From positions 1-24,994 of the IMG/VR virus record IMGVR_UViG_3300021373_000801: a stretch of DNA of 24,994 bases; one strand, written 5' to 3'. The stretch's first letter is position 1; every line of letters begins with the position of its first letter. The position numbers and the translations under genes were made by a program. This document shows, piece by piece, positions 1-8,874 of the stretch. Origin of the DNA: a virus (taxonomy: Duplodnaviria; Caudoviricetes). Below the pieces are notes generated by a model that searched no databases, was not told where the DNA came from, and worked only from the letters and a program-made list of their open reading frames with translations.

Positions 1-920
1 CACATGAAAACATCCTTAAAGCTTGTCGAGTTAAAAAATCCTTTTAACTTAATTTGAGGAAACGTATTACTTATTGCATCAATAATTGTCTTACATCTTA
101 TTGCTGGTTTCAAGTCTGTCCATATAAGTCCAGTTCCAGTTGCATTGTCTTGATATCCAGAGTTTGAATATCTCATGTTTTTACTGTGATGAATGTTAGG
201 CACAAGTATATTTGTGCTTCCAAAAGATGTTTCAATAGCACTATCTCCAGCAGTAAAGAGATTCTCAATATTGAGCTGTGTATAATCAAAGTTTAAACTA
301 TCTGGATAATTCAATCCAGCAAGAGTTGTTTCTCCAAGAACTTCTTTTAATTCAACAGCATCTCCATAAAAAACAACTTTATAAGCATGAGCTTTATTGT
401 CTTTTAATGAAACGCTTTTAAATTGAATCTTTCCTTTTTTATAGTCAATTCCATTTAACTTAATTATCGCATCATGTCTGTATCTTGCATCAAAGCTATT
501 TTCAATACTTAAATTTTCATAATGTCTAAAAAGCTTGTTGTTTAACTTAGATGCTGGAAGATTAAATTGTTGGCTAAACGGAGTAAAGACTTTCCCAACA
601 TCTTTTACATTTAACAAACTATCTGTGATACTTATGCTTTCATCCTCAAAAAGATCTGCTCTAAAATAATCGCTTGTAATTCTATATGGCTCACTTAAAG
701 AAAGAGGAGTAAATAAACTTGTTGAGAGTGTAAGCTCTGAATCGCTAACAACAGCAGTAACTTTTGCAATCTCTCCACTGCTTAAGTTAGTTACAAAATC
801 TCCTACTTCAATAGTTGAGCTAAAATTCCCACTTTCATCTATTAACTGATTTGCTACTAAGCTTACTCCAGACCCATTATATCGCTTGTATCCTCTTATG
901 TATAACTCAATTATCTGCAT
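1..920 (-). CDS. Tail structural protein (tail tip/hub-like), runs off the window start
   Basis: Not in the ORF track. ATG at 920 overlaps the upstream TAA. The frame stays open to the window edge: MQIIELYIRG...LFEDESISITDSLLNVKDVGKVFTPFSQQFNLPASKLNNKLFRHY..., a segment I recognise from Bacteroidota phage tail proteins. Confidence 0.7.
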   Translation of the reverse strand, partial: MQIIELYIRGYKRYNGSGVSLVANQLIDESGNFSSTIEVGDFVTNLSSGEIAKVTAVVSDSELTLSTSLFTPLSLSEPYRITSDYFRADLFEDESISITDSLLNVKDVGKVFTPFSQQFNLPASKLNNKLFRHYENLSIENSFDARYRHDAIIKLNGIDYKKGKIQFKSVSLKDNKAHAYKVVFYGDAVELKEVLGETTLAGLNYPDSLNFDYTQLNIENLFTAGDSAIETSFGSTNILVPNIHHSKNMRYSNSGYQDNATGTGLIWTDLKPAIRCKTIIDAISNTFPQIKLKGFFNSTSFKDVFM

Positions 921-2032
921 TAACGTATGTTGTTTATTGTATCAAAAGCAAAGTCAATATCAATCGTATAATTAATCAACTTATCATTAAGAACTGTTTT
1001 ATAAGAGAAACTTCCACCGCTTATATTAATAGGAAGAGTTTTGCTTTCAATCTCAATCCAACAAGCTTCTGAAAGTTGCATCTGTTTGAAAACCTCATTG
1101 TATTCCTCTGGATAAAAGCCAGTGTTTAAAGTTAGCTTTTCCTTTCCATTCTTTGTTAAGATTTTTTCTTGATGTCTGCTTGTATCATAAGCTCCATTGA
1201 CAATGATATTTCTTTTGAATTTCTCATCCTTTGTGCTTAGCGTTTCATTTGATCTCTTAAAAAACCATATATCTTGAAGAGCTCCAAATTTATTTACAAA
1301 AGTAATCTTGAATGGTTGATATTTGCACTCCTGGATATTATCAACTGTTAGCTTTATAACTCCATTATCTGTATCAATATAAATAGTATCAAAATCAAAT
1401 AAAGTAAAATCATCTACAAAATCTTGCAAACATGAACTGTCCTCAAAAGTTCCTCCATCTTGAATCACTCTATTTTCAAACTCATCTGCACCATTAATTC
1501 CATTAGTTACGTATTCAATCTGCTCATCACTTTCTAAGCTACTGCTTATTGCTTTAGTATATACCAGCTCTCCATTAAGCTCATAAGTTACTTGATTTGC
1601 TGTTGAAGTATCAACTGGAATAACTGCTGGTGCATCATCAAGCTTAACAACTATATTGTTGCTCTGTAAAAGTCCAGAATCATTCTGTGGATTGGCTTCA
1701 TCTTCATAATATCCATAACCATCAAAACCAGTTAATTGAGTATAACTTGAGAAGCTACCAGCTACTCCAGAAATGTAATTCTTAGTTCTATAATCAACCC
1801 AAACGTTTAAGGTTTCGTAATCTCCATCAAAAGTCTGTAGCAGATAATCTCTTACAATCTCTCCGATCTCAAAGGTTACATTTTCTGTTATAGCAAATGA
1901 AGTCAATTGAAACAAGTTACTTCTGTCTGTCGTTTGCGTTCCAGTATAAACATACAATTCCATATCCACTTGAGTTAAATTACTCGCTGAGATATTTATG
2001 TAATATGGACTTCTTGCATTAATCTTTGACAT
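920..2032 (-). CDS. Virion structural protein (distal tail/baseplate region)
   Basis: 370 aa, acidic and beta-rich, with a FVNKFGALQDIWF motif; coupled within the tail gene run. Confidence 0.6.
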   Translation of the reverse strand: MSKINARSPYYINISASNLTQVDMELYVYTGTQTTDRSNLFQLTSFAITENVTFEIGEIVRDYLLQTFDGDYETLNVWVDYRTKNYISGVAGSFSSYTQLTGFDGYGYYEDEANPQNDSGLLQSNNIVVKLDDAPAVIPVDTSTANQVTYELNGELVYTKAISSSLESDEQIEYVTNGINGADEFENRVIQDGGTFEDSSCLQDFVDDFTLFDFDTIYIDTDNGVIKLTVDNIQECKYQPFKITFVNKFGALQDIWFFKRSNETLSTKDEKFKRNIIVNGAYDTSRHQEKILTKNGKEKLTLNTGFYPEEYNEVFKQMQLSEACWIEIESKTLPINISGGSFSYKTVLNDKLINYTIDIDFAFDTINNIR

Positions 2033-2563
2033 TTATTTCTCTTTTAAATTTATTTGTATCTGTTTTTCTATTCCTATTGAATAAGCTTTTACAAGATCAT
2101 CTGGAAGTCTTTTGAATGCTCTTTCAAATGGCTTTGTAAAAAACATGCTGGCTTTTATTCCAGTGCTGTAAACGCTTCTTGTTATAATGAAAGAAGTTTG
2201 CTCATAACTCAAAAATCTTCCTTTCTTATCTCTAAACTGTATACCTCTTCTCCTTACCCACTTATCAATGCCTTTAGTCAATCCACCTTTTTTTCCAGTC
2301 TTTCTACCGAACTTGTATGGACTGTTTGGAGCTTTAATGCTTTTATCTTTTCCTTGAACACCCTTATCTACAAAATCTCCATAGTCAGCCATTTTAAAAG
2401 CCATAGACGTTTCTTTTGCACTTTGGGATACCTCATACCCTAAACTATTGTAAAGTTCCTTAGAAGCGTTCTTTTTGCCTTTAGTTAAGTTGCTTCTGCT
2501 TTGCTGAATCACATACTTTGCAAACTTATTCAATTCATCTCTTAAGTATTTCTCTGCTAACAT
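2033..2563 (-). CDS. Neck/tail completion protein (HK97 gp10-like)
   Basis: Basic 176 aa protein with ASKELYNSL...YGDFVDKGV...GIKASMFFTKPF; adjacent to the putative tail terminator. Confidence 0.6.
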   Translation of the reverse strand: MLAEKYLRDELNKFAKYVIQQSRSNLTKGKKNASKELYNSLGYEVSQSAKETSMAFKMADYGDFVDKGVQGKDKSIKAPNSPYKFGRKTGKKGGLTKGIDKWVRRRGIQFRDKKGRFLSYEQTSFIITRSVYSTGIKASMFFTKPFERAFKRLPDDLVKAYSIGIEKQIQINLKEK

Positions 2564-3027
2564 ATATCAATATCATTCCTCACAAAGACATCAAATGTTG
2601 CTGCCCAACCAGCAAGACGATTCTCGAAACGCTCATAAAATGGCTCAAGATTTGCATCTCCATCCAGTTGATATTGATCCGAGTAAAGAACTCCTTTTCT
2701 CAAAACCATTACCAGTTTATTAAGAACTGCAAGTTGAGTATTTAAAATATCTTGTTCATTATTATTTCCTCTGAATATATCACTTGTTTCCTCTTTGCTT
2801 TCATCAACGATATCCATTGCAAGAATACTTACGTTGAACGTTAGCGTTTGCTCTTGTGTGCTTACGTTGTTTATGATTATGTGGCACAAAGGAAAGATAC
2901 TCTGCTTTGATAAATCAATGTCATAAATATCTCCAGTGGTTACTGTATTTACATTGACATCATTTAGAAGCTGGTTTTTGATTGCTTCTGTTAATAGATA
3001 AAATCCTCTTACTCCTGTATTGCTCAT
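2557..3027 (-). CDS. Putative tail terminator protein
   Basis: 156 aa acidic protein with FPLCHI and FENRLAGW motifs; size and position fit the neck/tail module. Confidence 0.55.
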   Translation of the reverse strand: MSNTGVRGFYLLTEAIKNQLLNDVNVNTVTTGDIYDIDLSKQSIFPLCHIIINNVSTQEQTLTFNVSILAMDIVDESKEETSDIFRGNNNEQDILNTQLAVLNKLVMVLRKGVLYSDQYQLDGDANLEPFYERFENRLAGWAATFDVFVRNDIDIC

Positions 3028-3285
3028 TTGAATTTACTTTTTATTTGTCTGGCTTCCAACTCATTCTTTTCTTTAGAGAAAGTCAAAAATGTTAAACATT
3101 CATGCACATTTAGTTTAGTGATATGTTCAAATTTTGTAATATCTCCGTTAGCGATTGCAAAGATGGAGTTGTACCATCCCCACTTTCTTGTGAAATTAGA
3201 TACTCCGCTAAAATCTGCTCGTTCTTCTTGTCCAAAGAGTTGATCATAACTGTAGACAAGTCCCTCCCTAAATTGTAAAAAAAAA
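3024..3285 (-). CDS. -1 frame extension of tail assembly chaperone (gpGT-like)
   Basis: No credible start of its own; entered at a T9 run (3277-3285). Encodes FTRKWGWYNSIFAIANGD...ECLTFLTFSKEK. Its stop overlaps the next ATG (ATGA). Confidence 0.6.
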
Positions 3286-3753
3286 CCACAGCACCAAGCA
3301 CTGCATCTAAGGAAACTCTTTTGCAATCTCAAAACTATCTGGATTGTATTCTTTTATGAAATATCTGTTTCCTCTCTTCATCTCCATTGGTCTAAAGAGA
3401 ACATTTACTGCTCTGTGCAAATTATCATTATCTCCAATAAAAGTATCCAAGTCAATATACTCTCCAAACGTCATATCTTCCAGTGATGGAATAAATCCAT
3501 ACTCTTGTCCATTTAATTTGAAGCTATTAATGAGCTGGTGCTTAGTATCGAACATGTTGTTTATGATTTCAGATATCTCTGTAATATCAGTCGCTCTCAT
3601 TCCTCTCACTGCTTCCTTTGGCACATTGCAGAAGATTTCAACTGCTTTCAACTGGAGCTCTGCTTCTGGAAGCTCACTCAATTTAACAAACTCTTGATAC
3701 TGTCCAAGAGTTATCTCATTTAAGGAAGTTGGTATTGTAATTTTGTAATTCAT
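3110..3753 (-). CDS. Putative tail assembly chaperone, short form (apparent 1-nt deletion at 3309-3310)
   Basis: The 148 aa ORF (ITLGQYQ, MTFGEYIDLD) stops at CCT TAG. Adding one T gives CCT TTA GAT GCA GTG, joining the 3110-3301 ORF (about 214 aa in total). Confidence 0.6.
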
Positions 3754-3763
3754 ATTCTTGTGC

Positions 3764-3797
3764 TTATTAATATATAAACAATTTAATAATTTTTTAG
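3764..3797 (-). promoter_or_regulatory. Putative phage late promoter
   Basis: CACTAAA-N15-TTATATATT; same spacing as three other sites. Confidence 0.5.
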
Positions 3798-3800
3798 TGA

Positions 3801-4964
3801 TTAATGGACAGCATATTTACCAAAGTTTGGTCTGCTTAATAATGAGTAAGTAGCGTATCTGACTGCATCAATAATATGGTTGTTCTTATCCACTGGTTTA
3901 TTTGTTAGCTTTCCACTTCTGTCCTCTTGCCATTTATAGTTTCTAAACTCCTGGATTGCATTGTCGCTATCCTTAGTGATATGTATCTTGAATCTCTTTA
4001 ATAAATCAATACCAGCATTTACAGAATCTCTACCTTTTAAGCTTGGTTGGATATTGTGACCCATTCTCCTCAATTCATCAATCAATCGTGGCTCTGCTGA
4101 ATCAAAAAAAATAGTATTCCTACCAACTCCCACTTGTTTAAAATGGTCGCTTAAATCCTTTGTTGTCATCATTGTTCTGTAAAGATGCTCTTGGATATAT
4201 AGATTGTAATCTTTCTTATATACAGATACTAAAGTGCTTGGATCATTTGTATAGCCAGCATCAGCTCCAAAGCTTACAAACTCTGCATCATCTGGAATCT
4301 TATCAGTTTCATAATACTTGAAGATAGTTGCTTTACTGATTCCTCTCTGTCCAAGTCCGTATATTTGCCAGTATTGTTCATCTGTTTCCTTTAAACGCTC
4401 AATCTCTTCAACTATGCTCTTCTCCAGGAATGGATTGTCTAAATAAGTTGTTCGATAAAAGTCAGCATCATCTCTTGGGATAACCTTGTCATATATCCAG
4501 TGGTATTCGTCAGATGGATTGTAATCAATTATGATTTTTTCTTGCGTTCTGAATACTAACTGTTGCCAATCTTCATAGTCAAGCTCATTGGCTTCATTAA
4601 TAAATAAGATATCTCTTTTGCGACCTCTTATCTTTTGTGGTTGATCAACAGAAATAAATTCAATGAGATTTCCATTAAGCTTGTATTCACTATTTGATTT
4701 ATTATGATTCTCCTCTCTATATAGTCCATACTGCTTCAATATAGTCAAGAAATCACGCATTACAGTAGCTCTAACGCTGGGAAAAGTTTTTCTGCAAATA
4801 GTGATAGTTCTTCCTTTTGAAGTTAAGCAATAGTCAAAAACAAGGAAGAGTAAAACATTCCAAGTCTTTCCACTTCTTGTTCCACCCTCGTGTATTGCTA
4901 TCTTGCCAGTGCTGTTCTGCAAATGGCGGTAGACAATGTTAGTCTGTATCTTTGATCTTGTCAA
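3801..4964 (-). CDS. terL: Terminase large subunit (PBSX family)
   Basis: Walker A GGTRSGKT, Walker B LFINEANE, DYNP coupling motif, nuclease motifs GADAGYTNDP and HIIDAVRYA. Confidence 0.95.
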   Translation of the reverse strand: MTRSKIQTNIVYRHLQNSTGKIAIHEGGTRSGKTWNVLLFLVFDYCLTSKGRTITICRKTFPSVRATVMRDFLTILKQYGLYREENHNKSNSEYKLNGNLIEFISVDQPQKIRGRKRDILFINEANELDYEDWQQLVFRTQEKIIIDYNPSDEYHWIYDKVIPRDDADFYRTTYLDNPFLEKSIVEEIERLKETDEQYWQIYGLGQRGISKATIFKYYETDKIPDDAEFVSFGADAGYTNDPSTLVSVYKKDYNLYIQEHLYRTMMTTKDLSDHFKQVGVGRNTIFFDSAEPRLIDELRRMGHNIQPSLKGRDSVNAGIDLLKRFKIHITKDSDNAIQEFRNYKWQEDRSGKLTNKPVDKNNHIIDAVRYATYSLLSRPNFGKYAVH

Positions 4965-5295
4965 TTATCTCAATTTTAAAATCAGTAGGCATTCCATCAG
5001 CTCCAGTTATTTCTTGTCTTTCAACATACCCTCTTTTCTTTCCTTTGCTCTTTAAGTAAAAAATCATCTCTGCTGTCTTTCCTTCTTTGATATTTTCAAA
5101 CAATTTACTCTCAACAAAATCAAGAGCTATTTCCTGGATGTCATTAACTTGTTGAGCAAACTCTGGATCATCTTTTAACCATCCATAAAATGTTGTCCTC
5201 CCCACTCCAACTTTCTTACATGCAGTCGTTACCACACCCAGAGATTTCTCCAGTGCTTCAATGATTGCTTTTTTATGTTGTTCAGTTTTGTTCAT
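4939..5295 (-). CDS. terS: Terminase small subunit (N-terminal HTH)
   Basis: HTH (VTTACKKVGVGRTTFYGW), IFYLKSKGKKRGYVERQEI; overlaps the terL start. Confidence 0.85.
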   Translation of the reverse strand: MNKTEQHKKAIIEALEKSLGVVTTACKKVGVGRTTFYGWLKDDPEFAQQVNDIQEIALDFVESKLFENIKEGKTAEMIFYLKSKGKKRGYVERQEITGADGMPTDFKIEIIDKIKDTD

Positions 5296-5359
5296 AACTT
5301 TTCTATATTATATCCTTATTTTTTGTAACTTTACATTAATGTTTTCATTCTATTCACAT

Positions 5360-5432
5360 GCGGTGGTAGTTTAAAAGTAAAATACTTGGCATCCAGTCAA
5401 GAGATGGCGTTCATATCGACCTCACCGCTCTA
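5360..5432 (+). tRNA. Atypical tRNA-Gly(TCC)-like gene
   Basis: Acceptor stem GCGGTGG/TCACCGC (7 bp) with U73; D stem GTTT/AAAT; anticodon stem CTTGG/TCAAG with loop CATCCAG; T arm GGCG-TTCATAT-CG(A)CC; 3' end CTA in place of CCA. Confidence 0.85.
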
Positions 5433-6095
5433 AGTTTCCCTCCTCTCCTGGAGGGTTATTTTTTCTCCTTTATACATACCAGCTCCAAGCTCATCAATCA
5501 TTTTAAAGTCCAATATATCTGACACTATCTTACAACTTTTATCTATTAATAGAATGTATCTGTTTTGGAATCCCTCAAGAGCTTTAGCTCCTTTAAAGTC
5601 ATACTTGCTATCTCCACGCTTTGCTACTATCTCTCCATTTGCAAGTCTATATATTGTTCCGTTTTTATTTATTTGTGTTAGCTTGAATCCGCTGGCTCTG
5701 TATATTGTTCCATCTCCGCACTGCGTTGCATCCGAGTAGCTTAATATCCATTTAATTTGCGGTGCATTCTTTTTGATCATTCGGATACTGATTGCTATAC
5801 ATCTACTCTCTGAATACTTTGGAAGATAATCATCAAAAGCCATTCTGTTAAGCTCCAGCATCTCATTCCATCTCTTGTTTATATCAGTTTCTCCAGAATC
5901 CACTAAAGGAAGAACGTTTCTTTTATCCATTGGACTTCCATAGCTCATTACTCCATGCAATTGGTTATCCAGGAAGCATCCGAAGTGCAGACTGCTCATA
6001 TTGACAACCTTTCCAGAATAGTGATGTTTCTTTACAAAAGCATTCGCTACTTTAGAGTTTATAACTTTGACGATTATTTCCTTTGCTCTACCCAT
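5430..6095 (-). CDS. mom: Mom-family (GNAT-fold) DNA adenine modification enzyme
   Basis: Family motifs KHHYSG, LELNRM, SESRCI and ILSYSDATQCGDGTIYRASGF resemble phage Mu Mom-like proteins. Confidence 0.85.
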   Translation of the reverse strand: MGRAKEIIVKVINSKVANAFVKKHHYSGKVVNMSSLHFGCFLDNQLHGVMSYGSPMDKRNVLPLVDSGETDINKRWNEMLELNRMAFDDYLPKYSESRCIAISIRMIKKNAPQIKWILSYSDATQCGDGTIYRASGFKLTQINKNGTIYRLANGEIVAKRGDSKYDFKGAKALEGFQNRYILLIDKSCKIVSDILDFKMIDELGAGMYKGEKITLQERRET

Positions 6096-6664
6096 TGGCT
6101 TACTAATAAATATAAGGCGTTTCCATTTGAGTTCTCATTCCCAAATGTTTCAACGTATTTGAACTCTTCTGTTTGTCTTATTTCTTTGATTGCTTCTTTT
6201 ATGAACTCCACTTGTTTATCTGCAAGAGTATAAGTCTGTTGTTGAAATGGCTCTTTCTCTCCATCTGGAAGTGAGAAAGCATCACTGGTTTCAATGTCAT
6301 CCATATTCTGCCAGTTATCCATACCCCAGTCCTCAAGCTCAACAGAGTTCCATTCATTAGCTAATAAATCCCAATCCCACTCTCCAAAGTTTACATTGTC
6401 TTTTACAACAAACTCTCTTTCTTGCATTGGAGTAAGATTATCAGCTTTCATGATCCAGACCTCTTTCAATCCAGCTTCCTTACAAGCTCTTAATCTCATA
6501 TTACCTCCAAGCACAACCATATCACTGTTTACGACTATTGGTCTAAGCTTGAGCATCTCTGGAAACTCTTTGATGCTTTTAACAAGTTTATGATACTTTG
6601 TATCCCTTATGATTCTGGGATTGTCTGGGTTTTTTATTACTTTTCTTATATCAATCAGTTCCAT
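6074..6664 (-). CDS. ParB/Srx N-terminal domain protein
   Basis: NPDNPR...LRPIVVN...VLGGNMRLRAC...KDN...GEWDWDLL; overlaps the mom-like start by 22 nt. Confidence 0.85.
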   Translation of the reverse strand: MELIDIRKVIKNPDNPRIIRDTKYHKLVKSIKEFPEMLKLRPIVVNSDMVVLGGNMRLRACKEAGLKEVWIMKADNLTPMQEREFVVKDNVNFGEWDWDLLANEWNSVELEDWGMDNWQNMDDIETSDAFSLPDGEKEPFQQQTYTLADKQVEFIKEAIKEIRQTEEFKYVETFGNENSNGNALYLLVSQWVEQRK

Positions 6665-6698
6665 ACTTATATATAAATTTTTTCTTATTATTTTAGTA
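6665..6698 (-). promoter_or_regulatory. Putative phage late promoter
   Basis: TACTAAA-N15-TTATATATAAGT immediately before the ATG. Confidence 0.5.
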
Positions 6699-7041
6699 TC
6701 TCCTCAATCTCTTCCAGTTTCTCTGGAGATAAGCTTGATACTTTTTTAATTATATTAATTTTTGAATCATTCAATAAAACCTCGTGAATTAAAGGAAGTT
6801 GCCTGTTATAGAAACTATGATCTTTGTATGTATCATAAGAATGAATCAAAGAAGCGTGAGTTATTTTAAATCCATTTCTTTTGTATTCTCTTACAATCTC
6901 TGTCCAACCCATACCCATAACGTCATGCATGAATACGTTTGCAACGCTTCTCATTTCCACAAGCTCTCGTCTTCTGCTTTGCTCAAATATATCAACTCCT
7001 GTTATTTCTTTTATCTGTTCTCCTATCTTCTGTAATTTCAT
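6688..7041 (-). CDS. HTH protein resembling the DnaA C-terminal domain
   Basis: SRRRELVEMR...WTEI...THASLIHS resembles the DnaA domain IV pattern (R...AR...dHtTVlH). Confidence 0.5.
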   Translation of the reverse strand: MKLQKIGEQIKEITGVDIFEQSRRRELVEMRSVANVFMHDVMGMGWTEIVREYKRNGFKITHASLIHSYDTYKDHSFYNRQLPLIHEVLLNDSKINIIKKVSSLSPEKLEEIEEILK

Positions 7042-7052
7042 TTTATTTATTT

Positions 7053-7706
7053 TTAAAATAATTCTATTTGATTAATGTTTTGTTTTTTGATTATACCCAT
7101 TGCTGTGTCAAGAATTGTTTTACCAGCTTCATACTCTACCAAATTTCTTGCAATCTTTACTGTGCTTTGCTTTCCTTTATATTGTCTAAAATTATAATCA
7201 TGGAACTCACAAAGCTTGTTTAATTCGTCCGTACTATTACCAAAAACTGGTGGCTTTCTTTTGCTTAAAGTGTTTGGAAGATTAAAGTTTGTCCAATAAA
7301 GATGTCTCCCTCTTTTATGTGCTGGGATAAGCGGATCATAATAAGGAACAACATTCTCAACAACATACTTTCCTTTAAATCTTGGATTCTCTCCTTTTGA
7401 AACTAACTCCAGTAATATGATTTGTTGGTAAAGTGACATGTCTGGATACTGTGCTTTATATTTTGAGTTATATGCTCTGGCTCTGGAATGAGATGGACAA
7501 GGTGGAGAGCTCCAGATGAAATCAAAATCTTGATAATTGTCAAGAAGATATTGATGTGCATCCGCAACGATAACCTTATCTTTTGGAAATCTCTCTTGAT
7601 ATAATCTTGCAAGTTCTTCATCCCACTCCACTGCTGTTATTTCATGCTCATCTCCCCACTTATAGCGATTACCTCCAAGACAAGCGTATAAGTTTAAAAT
7701 TCTCAT
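7053..7706 (-). CDS. DNA (cytosine-5) methyltransferase
   Basis: Motif I-like LYACLGG, catalytic SPPC, ENV motif, RHLYW. Confidence 0.8.
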   Translation of the reverse strand: MRILNLYACLGGNRYKWGDEHEITAVEWDEELARLYQERFPKDKVIVADAHQYLLDNYQDFDFIWSSPPCPSHSRARAYNSKYKAQYPDMSLYQQIILLELVSKGENPRFKGKYVVENVVPYYDPLIPAHKRGRHLYWTNFNLPNTLSKRKPPVFGNSTDELNKLCEFHDYNFRQYKGKQSTVKIARNLVEYEAGKTILDTAMGIIKKQNINQIELF

Positions 7707-7930
7707 TTGTTTTTTTCAATCCATTTCTGTTGCTCATCTCTTAAGTACTCAATCTCTCTCCTCAAATAGTCTGCTGCTTTCTCCAGATCTTTCAACTCAC
7801 TTTCTTTCTTTCCAGCTCTGCATACATACTTGATGATGTTCCCTCTGTTAAAGTTAAGATTGTAGTCCTTTATAAAGTCGATAACATCGTATCCCTTTCC
7901 ATTCTCGTAATGTAAATAAGTTGCTCTCAT
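7703..7930 (-). CDS. DUF3310 family protein (T7 gp1.7-like)
   Basis: HY...DVIDFI...FNRGNIIKYVCRAGKK...DLEKA..YL. Confidence 0.8.
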   Translation of the reverse strand: MRATYLHYENGKGYDVIDFIKDYNLNFNRGNIIKYVCRAGKKESELKDLEKAADYLRREIEYLRDEQQKWIEKNK

Positions 7931-8097
7931 ATTATTGCGTTATCAAGTTGTTGAATCAGATGTCGTATTTCACTTCTCTCAAACTTTCCAGATATTTCTG
8001 CATTATAAGTTTTGAAGCTCAAGTGATACATATCCTTTTCCGTATCTCCTTTTTTCTCTTTCTTTCCTAAGTACTCAATCTTTAAATCAAATTTCAT
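7927..8097 (-). CDS. Hypothetical protein, 56 aa
   Basis: Read manually: MKFDLKIEYLGKK...QQLDNAII. Fills the gap and overlaps both neighbours. Confidence 0.7.
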   Translation of the reverse strand: MKFDLKIEYLGKKEKKGDTEKDMYHLSFKTYNAEISGKFERSEIRHLIQQLDNAII

Positions 8098-8851
8098 TTT
8101 TTACTGTTTTTCTTAGTTTATTAAATTCCAGTAGCGTTGCTTCCATCAATGGCTTAAATCTTAAAATTGATGTTGCTGCTGGATGCTCGATTTTTGCCAA
8201 CTTTCCATATTCCTTGAATAAGAAGTCCATTGCTTCATAGTCATTAAAAGCACTGATGTATCCTATTTTTATCATCTCTCTAACTCCATAAGCTTGAATG
8301 TTTCTCTTTCCATACTTGCTTACTAAATTAGATATTTTTCTCAAAAGATATAAAGAAAATTTTAAATCCTTTATTTTACACTCTCCTTTTTTAAATCCTC
8401 CAGGATTTGATCCAAAGAAAAGGTGCACAATATTACCAGCAGATATGTTGTTGGAATTTTTAATGTAATTAGTATAAGCTGTTTTGTAATCCTTGTTCTC
8501 TTTTGCAAAAGCTTTTAAATAATCTAAAGTTGTCCACGCTTTGTTTCCGTTGTTTAGGTTTATGATTGCATTAAGATGTTCTTTCTGGTCTTGAGTATCC
8601 ACCCAGTCCACGATATAAGCTGGAACTGTTCTCTGCTTTAATAATTTAGCAGACACCACTCTGTGATGTCCCTCAATGATATCTCCATCTTTAGAAACTA
8701 CTATTGGCATCATCCAGCCAAACTCATTCAATTTGTCCTTGAAGTTTTCTGAATGCTTTAAAAATACATCTCGATTGACTTGTGCCATCTTTAAGTTCTT
8801 AATGTTGTAATAAGGTTGAAATTCCCCTCTTTTAATCTCTGTTGTTTTCAT
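8087..8851 (-). CDS. ParB/Srx-like domain protein
   Basis: NR...GWMMPIVV...IIEGHHR...INLNNGNKAWTTLDY. Confidence 0.75.
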   Translation of the reverse strand: MKTTEIKRGEFQPYYNIKNLKMAQVNRDVFLKHSENFKDKLNEFGWMMPIVVSKDGDIIEGHHRVVSAKLLKQRTVPAYIVDWVDTQDQKEHLNAIINLNNGNKAWTTLDYLKAFAKENKDYKTAYTNYIKNSNNISAGNIVHLFFGSNPGGFKKGECKIKDLKFSLYLLRKISNLVSKYGKRNIQAYGVREMIKIGYISAFNDYEAMDFLFKEYGKLAKIEHPAATSILRFKPLMEATLLEFNKLRKTVKNEI

Positions 8852-8874
8852 GTTATTTATAGTTTATAATTGTT

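Noticed and set aside
5360-5432. tRNA as an attP/integration remnant
   Set aside because: No integrase in the window, the element is a full cloverleaf rather than a 3' fragment, and its T arm differs from canonical host tRNA. Not fully excluded without the rest of the genome.
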